Shown: piece by piece, positions 30,901-39,647 of the stretch | Layout of the letters: each line of letters opens with the position of its first letter | How positions within the stretch are numbered: the stretch's first letter is position 1 | Assembly: GCA_963719505.1 (NCBI GenBank) | Contig: CAVRCF010000005.1 | Span: 1,184,001 to 1,248,000, forward strand | Direction of reading: 5' to 3' | Origin: Halobacteriovoraceae bacterium | GTDB taxonomy: Bacteria; Bdellovibrionota; Bacteriovoracia; Bacteriovoracales; Bacteriovoracaceae | Length of the DNA stretch: 64,000 nt | Notes under the pieces: model-generated | Database searches by the model: none | What the model saw: only the letters and a program-made list of their open reading frames with translations | Told to the model about the DNA's origin: nothing | Position numbers and translations under genes: made by a program

Positions 30901-31941
30901 TTAGTTACTTTTAGATTCGTTTAGCTTTTGAATAAGGTGAACGAATTTAATATGAGGCAGTTGTCTTTTTAATTTTAAATAGAAGACTTCAATAAACATT
31001 CCACCACCATCGAGAATAACGTCTCCAACAAGGCTATGTTCTCTAGCATCGTCCAAAGATTCAAGTGTGACACCTGCTTTTTCTGTTTTCCAGCCTTCTA
31101 TCAAATGCTTAATAGGCACGAGAATCTTTTCTTCTTTATCGAATTCCATTTTAAGAGTTTCTTTCCAGATGGCTTTTAGAAAAGTGACTCCCGCTGGAAG
31201 TATCTTCAACTTCTCCTCTTCAACAATATGTTTTTCGGTGTTGTAAAAAACAAAAAGTGATTTTATGGCTTCGATATTTTTTAATATATAAATCTTTGGT
31301 AGTCCGTCTTTATCATCTAGAATTTCCATCAAGCCCATATCAACAAGAACAAAGACTAGCTCATCGAGTTTAACTTCCATTATAGAATAGATATCTCGCA
31401 TATAAAGATCTATTGTCTTTCTATGAATTGCTAAGCCAAGATTATGCTTTTCTCCGTGGGCCTTATACATGAGAAAGAAAGTTCCAAGAATTTTCATGAT
31501 ATCGTTTGCTTTGAGAAACTCATAGCCTGCGACTTTCCCAGATCCATAATTTAAACTCGCTGAATTACTCTCTAGCTCTTTTACTCGAGCGTTGGTGACC
31601 TTCAGCCTTTTTACAAGTGTATTGATAATTGTCTTAAACCAAGGGTTTAAACCAGACATTGTTTTAGCAAAAGCAGAAAAAGAAATTTCGATAACTTCAC
31701 TTGTGATCATGGCACTCGCGGCGCAACTTCTTCGACTGGATCCATTGTCATCAAAGTAGGCCATCTCTCCGATAACCTCTCCCGTTCTTAAAACGGCAAT
31801 TTCAACAAATCCCTTTCCCTTGGGTTTATAAAGTCTGAGCTGACCGCTTTGAATAATATACAAGGAGCTGGCGTGTTCTCCATCTTCAAAGAGAACTTCG
31901 TTAGGTTTTAAAACTCTTATTCCAGACTTTCCAGCGCTCAT
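30901..31941 (-). CDS. Cyclic-nucleotide-binding (CRP/FNR-like) protein
   Basis: LFEDGE..SSLYIIQSG, GEVIGEMA, RRSCAASA. Confidence 0.85.
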   Translation of the reverse strand: MSAGKSGIRVLKPNEVLFEDGEHASSLYIIQSGQLRLYKPKGKGFVEIAVLRTGEVIGEMAYFDDNGSSRRSCAASAMITSEVIEISFSAFAKTMSGLNPWFKTIINTLVKRLKVTNARVKELESNSASLNYGSGKVAGYEFLKANDIMKILGTFFLMYKAHGEKHNLGLAIHRKTIDLYMRDIYSIMEVKLDELVFVLVDMGLMEILDDKDGLPKIYILKNIEAIKSLFVFYNTEKHIVEEEKLKILPAGVTFLKAIWKETLKMEFDKEEKILVPIKHLIEGWKTEKAGVTLESLDDAREHSLVGDVILDGGGMFIEVFYLKLKRQLPHIKFVHLIQKLNESKSN

Positions 31942-31950
31942 AAAATTGGC

Positions 31951-33111
31951 CTATAGCCTTTCTATAATCATACTTAAAGCTTCACCACCACCAATACAGA
32001 TTGCAGCACAGCCAAGCTTCTTATTCTCTCTTTCCATTGCGTTCATAAGTGTTAGAAGAATTCTTGCACCGCTTGTACCTATTGGGTGACCAAGACTAAC
32101 TCCTCCTCCAAAAATATTGACCTTTTTATGATCGAGTTCAAGCTCTTTAATCGCGACCATCGCCACAGCAGCAAAAGCTTCGTTAATTTCCCAAAGGTCT
32201 ATGTCAGAAACTTTTAATCCCGCTTTAGCTAAGTTCTTTTTAACGGCTTCCACAGGTGCAGTTGTAAACCATGTCGGGTTTTGAGCATGACTGGCAAAAG
32301 AGTGAATTTTGAATTTTGCTTGGTCTTTATATTTTTCAGAACCTAGAACAAGTGCACAAGCTCCATCATTGATCGTCGAAGCGTTAGCAGCTGTTATCGT
32401 TCCCTCTTTTTCAAAAGCTGGTCTAAGAGTTGAAACTTTATCGAACTTTACTTTTGAAGGGCCCTCATCCTCAGAAACAGTAACATCACCTTTACGACTT
32501 GAGATTGTCACAGGTGTAATTTCACTGGCAAAGACACCATCGGCTTGAGCTTTTTGAGCACGTTTAAAGGATTCGATCGAGAAGTTGTCCTGCGCCTCTC
32601 TTGAGAGATCATATTTCTTAGTGCACTCTTCAGCGCAATTGCCCATTGGTCTATCAGAGTAGACGTCCCATAATCCATCCCACTGCATTGAATCTTTAAG
32701 CTTAGTTTCTCCAAACTTAAAACCATTTCTTGAGTTTGGTAATAAATGAGGCGCCAAAGACATATTTTCCATTCCACCTGATACGACAATGTCATTCTCA
32801 CCTGTCATGATTGACCTTGCTCCAAGAATGACTGACTGCAAACCAGAGCCACAAACTTTATTGATCGTAGTCGCTGTTACAGATTCTGGGAGTCCAGCAA
32901 AAAGAGTTGCTTGTCTTGCAGGTGCTTGACCAACTCCGGCTTGAACGACATTTCCCATAAAAACTTCTTGAACATTGTCTTTTGAAATTTTTGAATTTTT
33001 CAAAGCCCCTTCAATAGCAACAGCTCCAAGCTTTGGTGCAGTTACAGAAGATAAGCTTCCTAAAAATGATCCCTGTGGTGTTCTTGAGCCACCTAAAATG
33101 TAAACAGTCAT
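31951..33111 (-). CDS. atoB: Acetyl-CoA acetyltransferase (thiolase)
   Basis: TINKVCGSGL, GGMENMS, EINEAFA, LGHPIGTSG, ICIGGGEA. Confidence 0.88.
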   Translation of the reverse strand: MTVYILGGSRTPQGSFLGSLSSVTAPKLGAVAIEGALKNSKISKDNVQEVFMGNVVQAGVGQAPARQATLFAGLPESVTATTINKVCGSGLQSVILGARSIMTGENDIVVSGGMENMSLAPHLLPNSRNGFKFGETKLKDSMQWDGLWDVYSDRPMGNCAEECTKKYDLSREAQDNFSIESFKRAQKAQADGVFASEITPVTISSRKGDVTVSEDEGPSKVKFDKVSTLRPAFEKEGTITAANASTINDGACALVLGSEKYKDQAKFKIHSFASHAQNPTWFTTAPVEAVKKNLAKAGLKVSDIDLWEINEAFAAVAMVAIKELELDHKKVNIFGGGVSLGHPIGTSGARILLTLMNAMERENKKLGCAAICIGGGEALSMIIERL

Positions 33112-33256
33112 ATATTTTCCTTTGATTTAATTTTGCTTTATTTTATGTATTTTCTTTAATAATTACCACCAAGAAAGGACCTTTTTTACTAAAGTTGTCT
33201 TGTTTTAGTCTCAAAATTTTGCTATTTTCCACGCTTATCACCCACAGGAGAAGAGT

Positions 33257-33715
33257 ATGGAAATCGGTCGTTACCCAGAGAGTCAATTAAGCGTTGGTAA
33301 AAGCCTTCCCACTGAATGGATAGAGTCTTTTGTGGGGCTTTTAACGCAAACTTACTTTGCTCAAACAGAGAAAGACCACCGATTTTTTGACGTGTATGGA
33401 CAAATATTTGGGCAAGAAATCGTTTTTGTCATTTCTTATATTCACCATGATGACCACCTAGCCGCTCCTATAACTATTTATCTCTCCCATGAGATCGTCG
33501 ATGATAAAACAACAAAAAATGCATTGGAGAAAGTTGTCAATCTCACCGGTCATATCTTGGATGACATATTCTCTCAGGAAGATTGGAATGATTTCGTTCC
33601 AAATTGGACGGAAAATAATTACGATCAAATACCTTTTCACTACAAGATCACAAGAGAAAATGTTGGGCTGTCTCTTCAAGCAGAAGAAATTCTCAAAAAA
33701 GATGGATTAATTTAG
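33257..33715 (+). CDS. Hypothetical protein
   Basis: AGGAG SD; 152-aa acidic ORF divergent from the thiolase. Confidence 0.75.
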   Translation: MEIGRYPESQLSVGKSLPTEWIESFVGLLTQTYFAQTEKDHRFFDVYGQIFGQEIVFVISYIHHDDHLAAPITIYLSHEIVDDKTTKNALEKVVNLTGHILDDIFSQEDWNDFVPNWTENNYDQIPFHYKITRENVGLSLQAEEILKKDGLI

Positions 33716-33733
33716 TCATATCATTTGACCAGC

Positions 33734-33761
33734 TTTAGTTTTATCGACATCATGTCGATAA
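33734..33761 (+). promoter_or_regulatory. Putative sigma28-type promoter containing a perfect 10-bp inverted repeat
   Basis: TTTAGTTT-N12-GTCGATAA; 33741-33761 is TTATCGACAT-C-ATGTCGATAA. Confidence 0.55.
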
Positions 33762-33796
33762 CGCATATGTCATAACCCGTGAAGCTAAAGGTTTAA

Positions 33797-35167
33797 ATGA
33801 AGGTTTTAATTATTCAAGAAAAGAGTGAAATTAGAGATTATCTCCAATTTGCCCTTAGCGCATTTGAACAAATTGAACTCTCCATTACAGGATCAGTTAG
33901 CCAAGCCATAGACTATCTTCACCTTCAGAAAGACTTCAATGCTATTTTTATTGGTAATAAAGTCACAAAAGATACTGAACCAAAAGAGTTACTGACACAA
34001 ATCATCACTTATTGCAGAGCTAATGATTCGATACTTATTGGAACCAATAAGGGGCTAGAAGAATATCTAGGAGAGAACTATATTCATCCGATGGCTTCAA
34101 TTCTCTCTATCAACAGAAAAATTAAATCAATTCTTGGACTTGATACAAAACATCTCGATCTTGAAAATTTTATCCCTGTCTCTTTTGAATTGTGTTCACA
34201 ATTTAAGATCTTACCTTGTGACCTTCACTTTAAGATTGGTAAAGGTGAACAAACAAAACACCTTAAAAGGTATATGAAAGGTAGTAAAATCGATAAAGCA
34301 TCGATGAGAGAATATAGTGAAAAGAATCTTGTTAATATTTATGTTAGAAAAGAAGATTATAAAAGTATTGATCAATTTTTAAAAAGTAAAATGACTTCGG
34401 TTGAAAATGCAAGTGTCAATACTGTTACAGGTATATCGACTTCTTATTTTGAATCCTTAGAAGAGTCTATTGATTACGGCTCTTACATCATAAAGACTTC
34501 TGGAATGGTGGGCTTTGATACAAAGAAAACTCACCTGCTTGCAAAGAAACTTCAGTCACAGGTTAATAACCTCTCTACAACTGAAAAAGATAAAATTGAA
34601 GATATGTTTAAATTATCATTAACCAGTAAAAGTAATATTGATTTAAAAATCAACTCACTTTGCTCGATAATTTCGACAAATTTAATAAACCAATACACAT
34701 GGGGAACGACAGAGATGGTTGAGATGCTCATGTATGCATCCGCCTTTCATAATATTGGCCTCAGCGGAAATTCACAACTTATTACAGTCATCACAGAAGA
34801 AGAGTTTAATCAGCTTCAACCTGATGAGAAAGCTCTTATCAAACACCACGCCGCTTACAGTGCAAGTATAGCGGGAGCTCTCGATTTCATTCACCCCAAT
34901 GTCAAGAAGCTTATCAGAGAGCAACACGGTTTTGCCGATGGTGAACAGTTTATTGGTGAAAAACAAAACACCTCAAACTTCACCGCAATGTTTAGAATTG
35001 TCTCAGAGTTAGCAACAGAGTTTATCAAGGATTTTGAGCTAAACAATGACGAGTTTAATGCTTTAAAAGTTATTTACAGAGAGAGAGAGAGAAATAACAA
35101 TGAGTACCCTGAAATCTATGACGCCTTAATTGATTGCATTCCAAAAGACTTAGTAAAACCTCTATAA
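33797..35167 (+). CDS. Receiver-like domain plus degenerate HD-GYP-like domain protein
   Basis: MKVLIIQE REC-like start; C-terminal FHNIG, KHHA, IREQHG..DG pattern lacking HD and GYP. Confidence 0.65.
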   Translation: MKVLIIQEKSEIRDYLQFALSAFEQIELSITGSVSQAIDYLHLQKDFNAIFIGNKVTKDTEPKELLTQIITYCRANDSILIGTNKGLEEYLGENYIHPMASILSINRKIKSILGLDTKHLDLENFIPVSFELCSQFKILPCDLHFKIGKGEQTKHLKRYMKGSKIDKASMREYSEKNLVNIYVRKEDYKSIDQFLKSKMTSVENASVNTVTGISTSYFESLEESIDYGSYIIKTSGMVGFDTKKTHLLAKKLQSQVNNLSTTEKDKIEDMFKLSLTSKSNIDLKINSLCSIISTNLINQYTWGTTEMVEMLMYASAFHNIGLSGNSQLITVITEEEFNQLQPDEKALIKHHAAYSASIAGALDFIHPNVKKLIREQHGFADGEQFIGEKQNTSNFTAMFRIVSELATEFIKDFELNNDEFNALKVIYRERERNNNEYPEIYDALIDCIPKDLVKPL

Positions 35168-35195
35168 AAAAAAAGCCCCCTATTTGGAGGCTTTT
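35166..35195. terminator. Bidirectional rho-independent terminator
   Basis: A-run, GCCCCC-TATTT-GGAGGC stem-loop, T-run, between convergent genes. Confidence 0.7.
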
Positions 35196-35200
35196 ATTAT

Positions 35201-36250
35201 TTAATCACTTTCATCAAATCTGTTTTGTGGAACATAGTTTCTCGTTTCTGCTCCGATATCGTCATCTTCCTCATCGTCAGGAGAATCGAAATCATCCCCA
35301 TCAAAATCGTCCGTCGCAATATTTAAATCGCTCAAGGCCTTATAGAAATCTTTTTCATCATGAAGGTCATCTACTAGAGCTTCAATATATGAAACAGGAT
35401 ACTTCGCAATAAGCTCTTCAATAAACTCTTGAAGCTTTCCTTCTCTTAAGATCTCTCTTTTCTTTTTAATCTCATACCAATTAGAAATATAGTGAAGACG
35501 ACAGTATTGTTGAGTTGATCGAATATTTTCGCAGCCTTTTTCAGCACACTCATCTGATCTATGATCGACAAAAAAGTCTAACGTTCCGATCGCATCAGCA
35601 ATTTCTTCCCAAGAGAAGTTCTCTGAAAGATTTTGTATTTCATCTTGAACTTTAGATTCAGCTTCTTTTATTTCTTTTTTAGGAGCTTTCTTAGCTGCAA
35701 CAGCTTCGATCTCCACCTCTTCTTCTATAGGGTCAGCTTTCTTCACCTCTTGTGCAGATTCTTTTTTTGAAGCTTTTTTAGAAACTGCCTTTTTTGTCAC
35801 TTTTTTCGCCGCCTTATTTGGTGTATTACTCTCGGCTTTTTTTGACGCTTTCTTTACTGTTTTCTTTGCAATTTTCTTGGAGGTTTTTTTTGCGACTTTT
35901 TTGGCCACTTTTTTAGCAACCTTCTTTTTAGCCACTTTCTTTTTCGCAACTTTTTTAGCTACTTTCTTGGCCGCTTTTTTGGCCGCTTTCTTAGCAACTT
36001 TTTTTGTCGTCTTTTTCTTCGCGACTTTTTTTGCAGCTTTTTTCGCAACTTTCTTTGTTGTTTTCTTTGCGGTTTTCTTTGCAGCTTTTTTCGCAACTTT
36101 CTTAGAAGCTTTCTTCGCTACTTTTTTCGTCGCCTTTTTCGCAACTTTTTTAGCCGCTTTTTTCGCAACTTTTTTTGTTGTTTTCTTTGCTACTTTTTTT
36201 GATGTCTTTTTAGTCGCTTTTTTAGCAACTTTTTTCTTGGCTTTAGCCAT
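35201..36250 (-). CDS. Lys/Ala-repeat histone-H1-like (Hc2/AlgP-type) protein with C-terminal Cys/His domain and acidic tail
   Basis: About 165 aa of KKVAKK/KKAAKK/KKTTKK repeats; C-x4-C-x9-C-x2-H (CAEKGC...YCRLH); D/E-rich end; start likely MAKAK at 36250. Confidence 0.8.
   Translation of the reverse strand: MAKAKKKVAKKATKKTSKKVAKKTTKKVAKKAAKKVAKKATKKVAKKASKKVAKKAAKKTAKKTTKKVAKKAAKKVAKKKTTKKVAKKAAKKAAKKVAKKVAKKKVAKKKVAKKVAKKVAKKTSKKIAKKTVKKASKKAESNTPNKAAKKVTKKAVSKKASKKESAQEVKKADPIEEEVEIEAVAAKKAPKKEIKEAESKVQDEIQNLSENFSWEEIADAIGTLDFFVDHRSDECAEKGCENIRSTQQYCRLHYISNWYEIKKKREILREGKLQEFIEELIAKYPVSYIEALVDDLHDEKDFYKALSDLNIATDDFDGDDFDSPDDEEDDDIGAETRNYVPQNRFDESD
35760..36245 (-). repeat. Degenerate 12-nt coding tandem repeat (KK-x-x units)
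   Basis: Repeated TTTTTCGCAAC / TTTTTAGCAAC / TTTCTTTGC units on + strand. Confidence 0.8.
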
Positions 36251-36330
36251 ATTTAATAACCCCTTGAGAATTCCCATAGACTGACAAAATTAGCACCTTT
36301 AGAGTGATATTGCCAAGTATTAGAAGTCTT

Positions 36331-37473
36331 TTATTGTACTTCTTTGAACTCACTCGCCGCGATAACTATTCTCTGAACTTCAGATGTCCCCTCATAGATC
36401 TCTGTTATTTTAGCATCTCTGAAATAACGCTCCACAGGATACTCATTCGTGTAGCCGTTTCCACCAAGGACTTGGATCGCTTGAGTTGTAATCCACATCG
36501 CTGATTCTGCAGCGAAAAGTTTTGCGTGTGCGCTCTCTTTAGAATAAGGAAGACCTTTATCTTTTAAGGCACTTGAATGATAAATCAAAAGTCTAGAAGC
36601 TGCGATTTTCGTACTCATATCAGCAATTTTAAATTGAATCGCCTGAAGACTTGAAAGTGGATTACCAAACTGAACTCTCTCCGTCGCGTATCTTCTCGCG
36701 TATTCAAAAGCTCCTCTGGCAATTCCCAAAGCTTGAGAGGCAATTCCAATTCTTCCACCATCCAAAGTGGCCATCGCAATCTTAAAACCTTTTTGCTCTT
36801 CCCAAAGAAGATTTTCTTTTGGAATTTTAATCTTATCAAAAGCCAGCGAGCAAGTTGAAGATCCCTTGATCCCCAGTTTGTCTTCTTCTTTAATAATAGA
36901 GAAGCCTTCGGAAGCAGTCTCTACGATGAAAGCACTTATGCCTCTATAATTTTCTGTTTTTTGAGTTTTAGCAAACACGATGGCAATGTCAGCTTCCTTT
37001 CCGTTGGTGATCCAGTTTTTTGTACCATTGAGCTCATAGTGATCACCTTTATCTTCAGCAAAAGTTGTTAAAGATCCAGCATCACTGCCTGCATTTGGTT
37101 CAGATAAACAAAAGCAGCCAATATGTTCACCTGAGGCAAGTTTTGGCAGGTACTTTTTCTTTTGCTCTTCATTTCCAAAGTTCAAAATTGGCCACACACA
37201 TAAAGATGTATGAGCAGAGACAAAAACCCCCGTTGATCCACAGTTTCGGGACAATTCCTCAACAATGATTGAGTAAGACGTGTAGTCCATTCCAGCGCCA
37301 CCGTACTCTTCAGGAATATACGATCCTAATAGGCCATTCTCTCCAAGCTTTGCGATGAGCTCTTTTGGCATGGCAGCCTTTTTATCAATTCCATGGGCAA
37401 GAGGTCCAACTTCTGAATCGGAAAATCGAGCAACCATATCTCTAACTTCATTATAACTTTCATCTAAAATCAT
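36331..37473 (-). CDS. Acyl-CoA dehydrogenase (butyryl-CoA dehydrogenase-like)
   Basis: FCLSEPNAGSDA, NGTKNWITNG, LDGGRIGIA, YFRDAKITEIYEGTSEVQ; follows hbd-crt. Confidence 0.92.
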   Translation of the reverse strand: MILDESYNEVRDMVARFSDSEVGPLAHGIDKKAAMPKELIAKLGENGLLGSYIPEEYGGAGMDYTSYSIIVEELSRNCGSTGVFVSAHTSLCVWPILNFGNEEQKKKYLPKLASGEHIGCFCLSEPNAGSDAGSLTTFAEDKGDHYELNGTKNWITNGKEADIAIVFAKTQKTENYRGISAFIVETASEGFSIIKEEDKLGIKGSSTCSLAFDKIKIPKENLLWEEQKGFKIAMATLDGGRIGIASQALGIARGAFEYARRYATERVQFGNPLSSLQAIQFKIADMSTKIAASRLLIYHSSALKDKGLPYSKESAHAKLFAAESAMWITTQAIQVLGGNGYTNEYPVERYFRDAKITEIYEGTSEVQRIVIAASEFKEVQ

Positions 37474-37487
37474 TTTTATGTCCTTCT

Positions 37488-38276
37488 CTATTCACCAGTA
37501 AAAACTGGTTTTCTTTTTTCTATAAAAGCTTTCGTTCCCTCTTTCATATCTTGGGATTCAAAGATCTTTCCAAACATTTCTCGCTCGACTTTTAGACCCT
37601 CTTCAAGGTTTATATCTACGCCCCTGTTTATCGTAAACTTTGCAACACCTACTGCATGAGGAGAATTTTTTGCTATTTTATTAATAAGTTTTTTACATTC
37701 ATCAATCAGAACTTCTTTTGATTCGAAATTGGCGAGTGTCAACCCTAGCCTTAAGGCTTCATCAGACTTGATCATTCTTCCGGTATAGATAATTTCCTTT
37801 GCTCTATTGCGACCAACTATTTTTGCCAATCTTTGAGTTCCACCAAAACCGGGAATAAGACCAAGACTAACTTCAGGCAAACCAAAAACAGCTGAGTCTG
37901 TACTCAAAATAAAATCGCAAGCGAGGGCCATCTCACAACCGCCACCAAGGGCAAAACCATTGACCGCAGCAATAACAGGAAATCTTATTTCCTCAAACAT
38001 AAAAGTTACTTGTTGACCTAAGTAAGCAAGATCAGCGGCTTCGTCTTCTCCAAGCTCAGACATCTCTTTTATGTCAGCTCCTGCAATAAAAGCTTTCTCC
38101 CCTTGACCGGTAAAGATAAGACCTTTGATATTCTCTTTGCAGTTCTCTTCTAGAAATTCTCTAAGCTCATTGAGAACTTCCATATTCAATGCGTTGAGTT
38201 TGTCCTCTCTGGTCAGTGTAAGAAAACCTATTCCATCTTCGACTTTATAATCGATATATTTATATTCATTTTTCAT
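37488..38276 (-). CDS. crt: Enoyl-CoA hydratase (crotonase)
   Basis: AFIAGADI, VNGFALGGGCE, GLPEVSLGLIPGFGGTQRL. Confidence 0.88.
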   Translation of the reverse strand: MKNEYKYIDYKVEDGIGFLTLTREDKLNALNMEVLNELREFLEENCKENIKGLIFTGQGEKAFIAGADIKEMSELGEDEAADLAYLGQQVTFMFEEIRFPVIAAVNGFALGGGCEMALACDFILSTDSAVFGLPEVSLGLIPGFGGTQRLAKIVGRNRAKEIIYTGRMIKSDEALRLGLTLANFESKEVLIDECKKLINKIAKNSPHAVGVAKFTINRGVDINLEEGLKVEREMFGKIFESQDMKEGTKAFIEKRKPVFTGE

Positions 38277-39123
38277 AAGAATGAAATCCTCTTCCAGACT
38301 TTTTCCCGAGTCTTCCGGCTAAGACGTATTGTCTTAAAAGGGGGCATGGCCTATATTTTGTATCTCCAAGCCCTTCGTGAAGAACTTCCATAATGGCAAG
38401 ACAGGTATCGAGTCCAATAAAATCAGCCAAAGTCAAAGGACCCATCGGCTGATTTGTTCCTAACTTCATTGCGGTATCGATATCTTGTGCACTGGCAATC
38501 CCTTCATGCAAAGTATAGACTGCTTCATTTATCATTGGCATCAAGATTCTATTGACGGCAAACCCTGGCATATCATTAGCTTTAACAAAGACCTTGCCCA
38601 TCTTTACCGAGACATCTTCAACGGCTTTAAAGGTTTCGTCACTCGTTTCTAATCCTCTAATACCTTCAACGAGTTTCATCACAGGTACTGGATTCATAAA
38701 GTGCATACCAGCTACTTTTTCAGCTCTACTAGTAACGGCTGCAATTTCAGTGATTGATATAGAGGAAGTATTGGTCGCGAGGATGGCATTTTTTTGAATC
38801 GCCTCATCCATAGACTTAAAAATTTCGAACTTTATTTTTTTATTTTCGGTGGCTGCCTCAATGGCGAGATCAACTTCTTTCATATCTTTGATCGAAGTGA
38901 TGCCCGTGATCCTTCCAAGAGTTTGATCAGCGACTTCTTGGGTCCACTTCTCTTTTGAAACTCCTCTATCTAGCTGTTTTTTAATAAAATCGAGCCCATA
39001 GTCTAGTGCATCCTGGCTAACATCAAAGAGGAAAACTTCATAACCCGAAAAAGCTGCAACTTGCGCGATGCCTCTTCCCATTTGTCCAGCACCGACTACT
39101 CCAATCTTCTCTATTTCTGTCAT
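38266..39123 (-). CDS. hbd: 3-hydroxybutyryl-CoA dehydrogenase
   Basis: GAGQMGRGIA, TNTSSISIT, GMHFMNPVP, PMGPLTLADFIGLD; start likely MTEIEK at 39123 (GGAG upstream). Confidence 0.9.
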   Translation of the reverse strand: MTEIEKIGVVGAGQMGRGIAQVAAFSGYEVFLFDVSQDALDYGLDFIKKQLDRGVSKEKWTQEVADQTLGRITGITSIKDMKEVDLAIEAATENKKIKFEIFKSMDEAIQKNAILATNTSSISITEIAAVTSRAEKVAGMHFMNPVPVMKLVEGIRGLETSDETFKAVEDVSVKMGKVFVKANDMPGFAVNRILMPMINEAVYTLHEGIASAQDIDTAMKLGTNQPMGPLTLADFIGLDTCLAIMEVLHEGLGDTKYRPCPLLRQYVLAGRLGKKSGRGFHSYEK

Positions 39124-39321
39124 TTTCCAAGCTCCATCATAAAAGGATAAATATAATTTTTGACATAATATCCTAATAATAGGACAAATGGTCAATCGCA
39201 TGGCATTGAAATCTGATATATGTCTAAAAAAAACCTTGCCAAGAGAAGGTTAATGTTTTAAAAAATGCGCTACGCAATTTAAATAAATAATAGAAGTTTT
39301 AAATATCTTAGGAGATTAAAC

Positions 39322-39582
39322 GTGGCAAACCATAAGTCGGCAAAGAAAAGAATCAGACAAAACGAAAAAAGAAGAGTTAATAATAAGTGGAAAGTTTCTC
39401 GTTTTAGAACAGAGTTAAAAAAGCTTAGAACTTTTATTGCTGAAGAAAATAAAGATGAAGCAGTTAAGCAATTTCCAATTGTTCAAACTCTTTTAGCTAA
39501 ACTTGCAAAGTCTCCAATTATCAGAAAAGATACTGCTGCTAGAAAGACTTCAAGATTAGCTTCTCAAGTTTCTAAATTATAA
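39322..39582 (+). CDS. rpsT: 30S ribosomal protein S20
   Basis: MANHKSAKKRIRQ...AARKTSRL; GTG start with AGGAG SD. Confidence 0.95.
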   Translation: MANHKSAKKRIRQNEKRRVNNKWKVSRFRTELKKLRTFIAEENKDEAVKQFPIVQTLLAKLAKSPIIRKDTAARKTSRLASQVSKL

Positions 39583-39602
39583 TTTAAATAATTTCATTTT
39601 AT

Positions 39603-39640
39603 AAAAAAAAAGCCTGGATTTAAGTCCAGGCTTTTTTTTT
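39603..39640. terminator. Bidirectional rho-independent terminator
   Basis: A9-GCCTGGA-TTTAAG-TCCAGGC-T9. Confidence 0.9.
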
Positions 39641-39647
39641 GATATTT

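Noticed and set aside
35078-35092. (AG)7 microsatellite as a phase-variation switch
   Set aside because: Short, in frame (RERER) and only about 25 codons from the stop, so little switching effect is expected
35760-36245. Repetitive DNA considered as a CRISPR array or non-coding tandem repeat
   Set aside because: Units are degenerate at codon third positions, stay in frame and have no unique spacers; explained by the protein repeat
35877-36284. 135-aa Phe/Ala-rich plus-strand ORF that looks like a membrane protein
   Set aside because: It is the antisense shadow of the Lys/Ala repeat gene (AAA reads as TTT); no independent evidence
39201-39218. TGGCATTGAAATCTGA as a sigma54 promoter for rpsT
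   Set aside because: The -12 TTGC element is absent at the required spacing
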